64,000 nt of DNA from a virus, in the IMG/VR virus record IMGVR_UViG_3300045988_105143, positions 722-64,721 of that record; one strand, given 5' to 3'. The notes under the pieces are model-generated. The model was not told the origin of the DNA and searched no databases. It worked only from the letters and a program-made list of their open reading frames with translations. Positions within the stretch are counted from its first letter, which is position 1; every line of letters starts with the position of its first letter. Below are positions 45,455 to 53,024 of this stretch, piece by piece. A program made the translations under genes and the position numbers.

Positions 45455-45612
45455 TGTCTTGCCTTTCTGATAGCCTCATCTATCAAATCTGTTAGTTTTT
45501 CAAAACCCACTGAAAATGTTTCAAAGTCGTCATATCATGTAAAGTCTAAACTATCTTCTACATCATGGACAATTTTATTATATTTCTTTTCATCAATTTG
45601 TATCGTAATCAT
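45451..45612 (-). pseudogene. 53-codon ORF interrupted by one in-frame TGA (codon 26, nt 45535-45537)
   Basis: AAGGAGG ribosome-binding site and TAAATG junction at the start. ATGA overlap with the next gene at the end. The second half has no start codon of its own. Confidence 0.45.
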
Positions 45613-45837
45613 TTAGTATACCTCCTTTATTTTAAATATATAATTTTGTGTTCGACTTGTTTTCAGAAAATGAGAATTACAAAAAGAATCATCTCTAAAT
45701 CTTCTAAATGATATTTGCATATATTGGGATTCTGGCTGTAGATTTTCAACACGAACCTCATAGACCAAATAATTATCGAGAGAGAAAGATTCATATATAA
45801 ATTTATCACCATTTTTGAAAAATTCCTCGTGTGTCAT
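45613..45837 (-). CDS. small protein, YxIKxxY-family paralog
   Basis: GGAGG ribosome-binding site. C-terminus ...NYIFKIKEVY. Confidence 0.6.
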   Translation of the reverse strand: MTHEEFFKNGDKFIYESFSLDNYLVYEVRVENLQPESQYMQISFRRFRDDSFCNSHFLKTSRTQNYIFKIKEVY

Positions 45838-45861
45838 ACTAACCTCCAGAGAGGAAAGGGG

Positions 45862-46869
45862 CTATTTCGCCCCTTTATATTCCTTGTCACCAGCAAAAAC
45901 AGTTTTATTTTGAATACGCTTATTAATCACAGCACTAGGATAATCCACCCAGAATACAATACTGTAGTCTTTAATAAGATAATCATATACAGATGTGTAA
46001 TTATCATAGGCAAATTGATTAAACTCGTCGATAAATTCCTCAATAGCGTCGTCGTCCATTTTACCAAAGAATACTTCTACAGGGTAATATTTACGAGCTA
46101 CACCGTCATCGTCAATTGTATCAACGATACCTTTTAAACAATCTGGGTATGTCTTTTTGAGGAACTCCTCATATGTCTTAGTTGTTTGGTTAAGATGTTC
46201 CGACGCATCATCATAAGCACTATCATAACTATAGTTACCGTAGCCATACAAATCATAGTCATAGTAAGATGTTTTCCATGTTGTACGGTAAGTTTTATAA
46301 GAGGTATTGGAATACCAAGCACCGCTTTCTTTGCTTTCTGTGAACTCGCCTAACATAGCCACACATCCGTTATTACCAAGGAATACTAGTTTATTGCCTC
46401 TTGTATGTTGTGCCAGTAATTCTTGTACTTGTTTTTTCCAAATAGCGTTACCTAAAGGGTAAGCCATTTCTTTAATAAACTGCATGGTATCGCTATGCTT
46501 GGATGCCATACCTAATTTAGGCGTGTAATCACTAAGAATACCGTTGTGAACCATACCAACATCACAATATGTATTTGCTTTCCCCATCGCTTTATAATCA
46601 TCACTCACAGCGAATGGGTGACAAGTTGAAGGGGCAATAGCACCACTTGTTGCAATACGGAAATGGAATACACGGTGAATATCTGACGGGATTTTTATAG
46701 CTTCAGCCCAGAACTCTTCGAAAGTAAAGAACCCTTTTTTAATATGGGTTTTACCTTTGGCGGAGTCCCAATACATAAGACCAGCACCGTCATTATTATA
46801 ATCAAAACAATTTTTTAATTCTTTTTCATTCAATTCTAAACCTGCTTCATATACTGCAATTACGCACAT
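45862..46869 (-). CDS. class II (Ntn-type) glutamine amidotransferase-like protein with Tyr/Asp-rich C-terminal half
   Basis: AAGGAG ribosome-binding site. N-terminal MC nucleophile (MCVIAVY). ...FHFRIATSG...CHPF...VHNGILSDY matches the Gn_AT_II pattern. Confidence 0.7.
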   Translation of the reverse strand: MCVIAVYEAGLELNEKELKNCFDYNNDGAGLMYWDSAKGKTHIKKGFFTFEEFWAEAIKIPSDIHRVFHFRIATSGAIAPSTCHPFAVSDDYKAMGKANTYCDVGMVHNGILSDYTPKLGMASKHSDTMQFIKEMAYPLGNAIWKKQVQELLAQHTRGNKLVFLGNNGCVAMLGEFTESKESGAWYSNTSYKTYRTTWKTSYYDYDLYGYGNYSYDSAYDDASEHLNQTTKTYEEFLKKTYPDCLKGIVDTIDDDGVARKYYPVEVFFGKMDDDAIEEFIDEFNQFAYDNYTSVYDYLIKDYSIVFWVDYPSAVINKRIQNKTVFAGDKEYKGAK

Positions 46870-46921
46870 AATATTTCTCCTTTTTCTAAATATAAATTAT
46901 AATATAAAACCAAACCAAGAA

Positions 46922-48607
46922 TTACATGTTCAAGTTATCCATTCTTGTTAGCAACTCTTTATATTGACGCTCTTCCGCTAATTTACGGACATTTGCGAAT
47001 GTAAAATCTTCCCATTGCCCATTAGCTAAGTCCGTTAAGACATCTGTCATTTGGATAAAGCTCCGAATAACATCAGCTTCATATGTAGAGTTCCACAATC
47101 GAATTTCAATCGTTGCGGAATTTTGAACATTTACGGCACTATACCGTTCGCAACGAGCTTCACTATAGCAACTTTCAAAAGTAGAGCAACACTCTACATC
47201 TGTAGGTCTAGCCCATTGATGAGCATCACTGCTGTTACGTTTGGCAAAACGTACTAGCTTGTCATAATTTTCAGCGAAGAACCGTACCAGTTTACCGATA
47301 TGGGAACGACTTTCAAAGTGGTCTCTGGATACATGGATATGTATACCAGCACCTTCAGGTTCGTTATACCCTGCATTATCTAATGTTTCTACGAGGTTTT
47401 CCCAGTCAATATTATTTAGCATGAACTGTGTTGTACAAGGGTGAGTCACTGCTTCAAACCCATCTTCCAACGAGCCGTCATATTTGCAATACCAATGAGG
47501 ATACTTGCCGAAAATTTTTCTTGCTGTATGGTCGGAACAGCCACCGCCTTGCACCTCATATTCTAAGCCAAGATATTTATTGGTGCCCTCACCGAAAAAC
47601 TTAGCGTCAGGCTTATAAGAATAAGAGCGGATAAACTCTGTTTCTCCGTGAAGATAATAGTTATCTTCATCAACGATGTCATCGTCATCGTAACAGCGGT
47701 CACAGATAACATAATCATTTTCTGTGACGTTGGTATTATCTTCTAAATAATACTCACCACAATGAGCACATTGTCTGAAATAGGCATTTAAAGAACGATA
47801 GCTGACATAATCTTCGATAGAACCTACATAGACACAATCACCTCTACTATAATAATTATTGTCATAACTAGACCAGTGGTAGTTTTCTAAGCAGGAACTA
47901 CAAACATTTTTATCGTAATTATCCAGGTACTCTGTATCTGAATCATGATGAATACATCCACAGTCTGCACAGATAAAATACTCATCTGTGAGCCCGTTAG
48001 CCACATCTTGACGAGTAATAATATCACCGTCTTCTGTAGTAACATAATTCTCACTATTTTTAATAACAATGTCATCAGACAAAGACGAGCAGGCAACTTC
48101 TTCTTTATTTAATGGCATTAGGTCAACGCCGACTTTCACTTTAATATTGCCGTCTACAACACGCCCTGTTAAGACTGACACTGGTACTGTTAGTTCAGTC
48201 CAGAGCGAAGTGGATTCTTTATTAAACTCGTTTGGGGAATTCGGAATTTTCACTACACCGCCCTCGGAGTCAATATAAATAATAGCACCGTCCACGTTGT
48301 AGAATTTTTCCGTTTCTACGAAGTCGCCAGTTTTGGTTTTGTAAATATGTTTATTGCCAAACCCTACGTCTACAACGGTTTCATCTATAGTCATTTTTAC
48401 AATACCATTAGCAAAATAAATGACATTAGGTGGTAACGTAACGTTTTCCTCATGGTAAGGTTTAGGAAGGTCAGCGACTGGAATACGCTTAATATTAGTA
48501 CTATCAGCCGTATCTCGCAAAAAATAAAAATCCTCACCACTTGACATTTGTGTAGCCAATGCTTCAAGTTCCATTAATTTCCCATCAATTACATAAAGTT
48601 TTTCCAT
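46922..48607 (-). CDS. amidoligase (Amidoligase_2 / glutamine-synthetase-like COOH-NH2 ligase) with two CxxC zinc ribbons
   Basis: GGAGG ribosome-binding site. Ribbons CADCGC...CSSC and CAHCGE...CDRC. C-terminal LGLEYEVQGGG...KYDGSLEDGFEAVTHP...GAGIHIHVS fits the amidoligase family signature. Confidence 0.65.
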   Translation of the reverse strand: MEKLYVIDGKLMELEALATQMSSGEDFYFLRDTADSTNIKRIPVADLPKPYHEENVTLPPNVIYFANGIVKMTIDETVVDVGFGNKHIYKTKTGDFVETEKFYNVDGAIIYIDSEGGVVKIPNSPNEFNKESTSLWTELTVPVSVLTGRVVDGNIKVKVGVDLMPLNKEEVACSSLSDDIVIKNSENYVTTEDGDIITRQDVANGLTDEYFICADCGCIHHDSDTEYLDNYDKNVCSSCLENYHWSSYDNNYYSRGDCVYVGSIEDYVSYRSLNAYFRQCAHCGEYYLEDNTNVTENDYVICDRCYDDDDIVDEDNYYLHGETEFIRSYSYKPDAKFFGEGTNKYLGLEYEVQGGGCSDHTARKIFGKYPHWYCKYDGSLEDGFEAVTHPCTTQFMLNNIDWENLVETLDNAGYNEPEGAGIHIHVSRDHFESRSHIGKLVRFFAENYDKLVRFAKRNSSDAHQWARPTDVECCSTFESCYSEARCERYSAVNVQNSATIEIRLWNSTYEADVIRSFIQMTDVLTDLANGQWEDFTFANVRKLAEERQYKELLTRMDNLNM

Positions 48608-48657
48608 GATATACCTCCATTAATAAATTAAAATACTAAAAAACAGGTTCAGACTCG

Positions 48658-48834
48658 CTACTCCTGCAATAAAAAGATAGCGTTTTGTAAATTCCACACG
48701 CAACTACGGTAGTGCTGTGAAGTCTTTACCATAACACGATGTTCCCCGCCAGTACGGTTTGCAATACGTGTTATATCACGTGTGTCTAACTTACGACCGT
48801 GATTGTCGTCATATGTGAAATACACGGTATCCAT
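48658..48834 (-). CDS. possible small protein (58 aa, below ORF-track cutoff)
   Basis: Hand-found ORF on the coding strand between two genes. Weak ribosome-binding site. Confidence 0.3.
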   Translation of the reverse strand: MDTVYFTYDDNHGRKLDTRDITRIANRTGGEHRVMVKTSQHYRSCVWNLQNAIFLLQE

Positions 48835-48931
48835 ATCTTCGTATACATGGCTCGCAAGGGGAATAACTTGCTTACCCTTTAGTACAGTAAATCACCTGGT
48901 CTTTGCTATACTCTGACAAGCTTTTAACGAC

Positions 48932-49171
48932 TTACTTAGAAGTTTTTTGTTTCACGCTCTCAGGTGTTGAATATTTACAAGAAAAGGCGATAGTTCCTGG
49001 TGAACCACTAAAACTAGTGACTGGGAATACTTTTCCACTACCTAACTCAATAATTTGCCATACTGAGTTCATTGGTTTTTCATTACACATTTTGATTACA
49101 TCACTGCTTGTGTCTGCTGGGACTATTAAAAATGGCTTGCCATTAATTTGAGACTTCAAAATACAATACAT
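48932..49171 (-). CDS. hypothetical protein (79 aa)
   Basis: AGAGGAG ribosome-binding site. Confidence 0.55.
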   Translation of the reverse strand: MYCILKSQINGKPFLIVPADTSSDVIKMCNEKPMNSVWQIIELGSGKVFPVTSFSGSPGTIAFSCKYSTPESVKQKTSK

Positions 49172-49175
49172 GAAA

Positions 49176-49298
49176 TTACTCCTCTTTCATCACACGCTTA
49201 ACTGTGTGGTATACGAGCATACCCATTAAAAAATAGCCTACTACAAGGATAGACCAAGCCACAATGTGACCTACAAATTGCACAATACTAATATCCAT
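49176..49298 (-). CDS. small membrane protein (40 aa, below ORF-track cutoff)
   Basis: AAAGGAG ribosome-binding site 7 nt upstream. MDISIVQFVGHIVAWSILVVGYFLMGMLVY is hydrophobic. First gene after the leftward promoter. Confidence 0.45.
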   Translation of the reverse strand: MDISIVQFVGHIVAWSILVVGYFLMGMLVYHTVKRVMKEE

Positions 49299-49394
49299 AC
49301 TGCACTCCTTTCAATAAAAAATACAGGACATACCTATCACCTAGTACCAGGTGAGTAGGTACTCCGTTGGGTTCGTTCCTCAACGGCTGACACC

Positions 49395-49423
49395 ATTGTA
49401 CCACATGGACACGATTTTATCAA
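49395..49423 (-). promoter_or_regulatory. sigma-A-type promoter for the leftward operon
   Basis: On the minus strand: TTGATA (49423-18), 17-nt spacer ending TGG, TACAAT (49400-395). Confidence 0.65.
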
Positions 49424-50118
49424 ATTCCGCTTATTTCCTGGGCTCGTTGCACCTCAACCCTGGAACACACCCATTCATTCTCATCAATTCTCATTATCCG
49501 TTAGGTCGTGCCTGCACGATATAAAAAATCCGAAAACGAGGAATAAGAAAAATAAAATTCCAACTATCAATACTAAGGTAATAAAATAATCTATGAAGTA
49601 ATACTATATATAAATATAAAAAACACTATTATAACTCAAATAAACGAATTATAATAGTAATACAGAAATATAGATATATCTCTAAAATTGATTTAAATCG
49701 CCTATAAGGCTAGTTTAATATAATTAGGGTATGTCAGTACCCTATAACACGTTAAAGCGTGTTAGAACTCAAATAAATGAATTTTAGGACTAGTTTATGC
49801 ACAAAGATACATCACAATCGACGGCGAGGGAAATAAAAAAATAAATTCCCATTCCTTCTATAATACAGTAATAAGGAATAAGAATATAAAGTATAAGAAT
49901 AAAAGATATAAGATAACTAAAATTAAGATAGTATCAATTTGAAAATTAATAAGTGATCATGTTTATCATTATGATTAATAATAAATAGTAGATTATATTA
50001 TATATGTGCATTCTCAATGAATATCATTCTCAACCAGTAAGTAAAAAAATAATTGATGTGTTAATGATAATGATAATCAATATGTATCTATTATCGTACA
50101 TATGTTCTGTTAATAAAT

Positions 50119-50148
50119 AAAAAAAAAGAGGGACGTATAACGTCCCCC
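50119..50148 (-). terminator. rho-independent terminator (leftward)
   Basis: On the minus strand, GGGACGT pairs with ACGTCCC (50130-46) followed by a 9-T run (plus-strand A-run 50119-27). Confidence 0.8.
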
Positions 50149-50225
50149 ATAAGGCTATCTAAATAGTCTAGGTGAGCAGAATATTCATTTAAAGTCCAAT
50201 TATGGAATCCTATTCATCACCTCCA

Positions 50226-50477
50226 TTAAAGAATACGATACCAGTTAAAACTAGGTAAATGGCAAGATTCGTTAAAGCTACCATGTTTACGCTTAAAGCA
50301 GTAGCCTTTTAATTCGTGCCAGTTATCAGCTAAATCCTGGCTCATGTTAGCAACTAGGGTTGAAGCCTCTTTATGTGGCATACCCAAGTCTACTAATTGA
50401 GAAACGCTTTCAACTAATTGGCGTTTTTCTGAGTCACGTAATTCCTTAATTAAAGCGTAATTGATAAATACTTTCAT
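50226..50477 (-). CDS. hypothetical protein (83 aa)
   Basis: AGAGG ribosome-binding site. Confidence 0.6.
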   Translation of the reverse strand: MKVFINYALIKELRDSEKRQLVESVSQLVDLGMPHKEASTLVANMSQDLADNWHELKGYCFKRKHGSFNESCHLPSFNWYRIL

Positions 50478-50609
50478 TTTTTACCTCTTTCATTAAAAAT
50501 TTGAGAATTACAAACCTATACTAATTGTATAACGGAGTGCGAAAAAACACGGCTTTATACTTCAAATACTATGCTAATCCTATAACATTGTATTTTTAAG
50601 TATATGTTT

Positions 50610-50639
50610 AGGTGATCGACCTTGATACACCGCCTAACC
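50610..50639. repeat. 30-bp inverted repeat, arm A (just 3' of the 119-aa gene)
   Basis: AGGTGATCGACCTTGATACACCGCCTAACC. Its reverse complement matches 51053-51082 at 26 of 30 positions. Confidence 0.8.
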
Positions 50640-50652
50640 ACTAATTTATAGC

Positions 50653-51012
50653 TTATTTACTCATTTTTTTGAGCAACAACTCGAGCATTTTTTGCTCATC
50701 GTCGCTCAATTTTTCTGTTGCCTTGCTAAGGTCTACGCCCTTAATGCTTTCTTTCACAACTGGCTCATAGTTAAAGCCTGTTTTGAATAAGAAAATTTGG
50801 TTGCCTTTGGTATCGGTGAATACCATTTTTTGGTATTCTTTCCCCTCAACCTTTTCTAAATGCGTAGCCTTTAAGGCTGTACGTGTCTTATTCCATTCAA
50901 CAGATAATTCCAATGTTAAAGTCATAGACTTTTCATTTAGTTTGAAGGAATTTACAGCTTTTTTAGTAGTAGTTTTGGATTCAGTATTGATAGATTTTTT
51001 AATAGTTGCCAT
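50653..51012 (-). CDS. hypothetical Lys-rich protein (119 aa) flanked by an inverted repeat
   Basis: GAGGT ribosome-binding site. No motif recognised. Confidence 0.65.
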   Translation of the reverse strand: MATIKKSINTESKTTTKKAVNSFKLNEKSMTLTLELSVEWNKTRTALKATHLEKVEGKEYQKMVFTDTKGNQIFLFKTGFNYEPVVKESIKGVDLSKATEKLSDDEQKMLELLLKKMSK

Positions 51013-51052
51013 GATATTTACCTCGCTTATTTAATAAAAATTAAATCTGAAA

Positions 51053-51082
51053 GGTTAGGCGGACTATCAAAGTCAATCACCT
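51053..51082. repeat. 30-bp inverted repeat, arm B (5' leader of the 119-aa gene)
   Basis: GGTTAGGCGGACTATCAAAGTCAATCACCT. Partner of 50610-50639. Confidence 0.8.
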
Positions 51083-51360
51083 GCGTTATTAAGTTTTCAA
51101 AGAGCTAAGCACTCAACCACTAGCCGTGGTCGTTTGCCTTGACTACACTACACCATATTACCTAAAAACATAGAAATCCGCTTATTTACTGGCTTTATAG
51201 CACCTTTTGTATGGTTATATCATTCTATATATTATTCTCATTGTATTAGCCACTATTATTAGGGTATTTTACCGTATTGATATTGATTATCATTCTCAGC
51301 CAAGGGTGGGGCTTCGCATACAGCGGGTCCCATATGTACGCCCCCATATTTAGAGACCCT

Positions 51361-51417
51361 TCTTCCAAAAATATAACTCCATTCCAGTCTATTACCTACC
51401 TCTTCCAAAAATATAAC
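51361..51417. repeat. 17-bp perfect direct repeat TCTTCCAAAAATATAAC, two copies 40 bp apart
   Basis: Copies at 51361-77 and 51401-17. Flanked by imperfect G-rich repeats CAAGGGTGGGGCTTCGCATA (51301-20) and CAAGGGGTGGGGGTTCATATA (51417-37). Confidence 0.8.
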
Positions 51418-51575
51418 AAGGGGTGGGGGTTCATATAAAGGGCACCCCATTATAATATATTAACATGTGCAAAAAATTTTTTATAAAAAATAAAGTAGTC
51501 TTTTGGTTTATGGCATTGTTTGGAATAATACAGATAATAAATACGGAGATTGTAGGTTAATTTTATAAGGAAGGA

Positions 51576-53024
51576 GTGGTCAATATATCTAATGAAGTAG
51601 ATGCGAAGATTGCAGAAGCCTTTAGACGTGGGAAAGAGAACCTAGTTACATTCCATAGGTTGTTTTTACCAGTTGAAGATGAAGTTGAGCCTGCTTGGTT
51701 CCATTATACATGGAGTGATATTCTATTACATGGGGATAAACACTTTGCCATTGAAGGGTTCCGTGAAAGTGCGAAGAGTTCGTTTGTATTGCGTGCGTTT
51801 CCGTTGTATCGTTTAACATATCCAACTAAGAAAGCCAATTATATTGTTTTTATCATGGCTAACCAAACTAAGGCTAGTAAGCAATTAAAAGAAATTGCTG
51901 ATACTTACGTATCAAATGAATTTTTAAGTCTCAACCTAGTTAAGGTCAAACAACAATCCGATAAAGCATTCGAATGTATTGTCACTGACGAAAAGGGAGA
52001 AGAAATACGTGTTCGTATGGAAGCATATGGTAAAGGTTCTTCTATTCGTGGTTTGTTATGGGGGGATAAACGCCCTGATATTATTATCATAGATGACCCT
52101 CAAGACGTAGAAGATAGTCTTTCTGATACTATTCAAACAAACGACTATGATTGGTTTTTGTCTGATGCTTATTTCTTAGGTAAGAAAACACGAATCTTTA
52201 TGATTGGAAATAACCTTGGCGAAAAATGTTTGATTGAGCAAGTTATTAATAATAAAGACTTATTGAAATTCAATGCTTTACGTATCCCTGTTATGAATGA
52301 ACAAGGTGAATCAAACTGGGCAGAGAGATTCCCAGTATCTGAAATACTAGAGGAAAAAGAAGCTTGGAGAGCTTTGGGTAAACTGGATATTTGGGAAAGG
52401 GAGAAAATGTGTATTGCTATTTCCCCAGAACGCCAAATGTTTAAAAAAGAATACTTTATGTATTATGCTCCTAACGAGCTTAAACTGGAAGATTGCTCTA
52501 TTTATACCACAGTCGATTTAGCTATTTCAGAAAAGGAAAGTGCCGACTATACAGTAATATGTACAGTAGCTGTTAATCCAGATAACAAATGGTTTATCTT
52601 AGATATTGATTTTGATAGGTATGACCCTTCCCAAACTATTGACGGTATCTTCCGTGCCGTTCAAAAGTATAAACCTATATATGTAGGTGTAGAAAAGGTT
52701 GCTTATCAAGCATCTGTAAAACATTACTTAGAGAAAGAAATGCCTAAGCGTAATATTTGGTTTACTGTAAAGGACTTGGAAGCATCTAGTCGAAAGGAAT
52801 TACGTATTGCTACTCTCCAACCACGGTTTAAAACTGGTAATATCTGGTTCCCTATGGGAGCCAAATTCCTTACTGAATTAGAGAGTGAATTACAATCATT
52901 CCCTAAAGGTTTGCATGACGACTTAATCGACGCCTTGGCTTATATCTCTCAAATTGCATTACCGCCTGTAGGTAATTTTAATTCTGTCAGTACTGCTGAC
53001 ATCCCATTAGGAGGTGCTATGTAA
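51576..53024 (+). CDS. terL: terminase large subunit
   Basis: GTG start after AAGGAAGGAG (the start is uncertain by a few codons). ATPase motifs FRESAKSS and DIIIIDDPQD. Nuclease-domain LHDDLIDALAY. Confidence 0.9.
   Translation: MVNISNEVDAKIAEAFRRGKENLVTFHRLFLPVEDEVEPAWFHYTWSDILLHGDKHFAIEGFRESAKSSFVLRAFPLYRLTYPTKKANYIVFIMANQTKASKQLKEIADTYVSNEFLSLNLVKVKQQSDKAFECIVTDEKGEEIRVRMEAYGKGSSIRGLLWGDKRPDIIIIDDPQDVEDSLSDTIQTNDYDWFLSDAYFLGKKTRIFMIGNNLGEKCLIEQVINNKDLLKFNALRIPVMNEQGESNWAERFPVSEILEEKEAWRALGKLDIWEREKMCIAISPERQMFKKEYFMYYAPNELKLEDCSIYTTVDLAISEKESADYTVICTVAVNPDNKWFILDIDFDRYDPSQTIDGIFRAVQKYKPIYVGVEKVAYQASVKHYLEKEMPKRNIWFTVKDLEASSRKELRIATLQPRFKTGNIWFPMGAKFLTELESELQSFPKGLHDDLIDALAYISQIALPPVGNFNSVSTADIPLGGAM

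Noticed and set aside
40609-46137. Plus-strand ORFs 40609-40917, 42549-42800, 45419-45616 and 45829-46137
   Set aside because: They run antisense to densely packed leftward genes that have ribosome-binding sites, and their hydrophobic or low-complexity translations are typical of AT-rich antisense frames.
51155-51183. Second leftward promoter, equivalent to 49395-49423, upstream of gene 50653-51012
   Set aside because: The -10-like TAATAT (minus strand, 51160-55) is conserved with the 49.4-kb promoter. At 17-nt spacing, however, the -35 position reads AAGCGG, and there is no TG extension. A promoter must exist nearby, but I cannot place it confidently.
51259-51450. 63-aa minus-strand ORF in the terL upstream region
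   Set aside because: It coincides with the G-rich repeat island, has no ribosome-binding site, and its Pro/Gly-rich translation is an artefact of the repeats.
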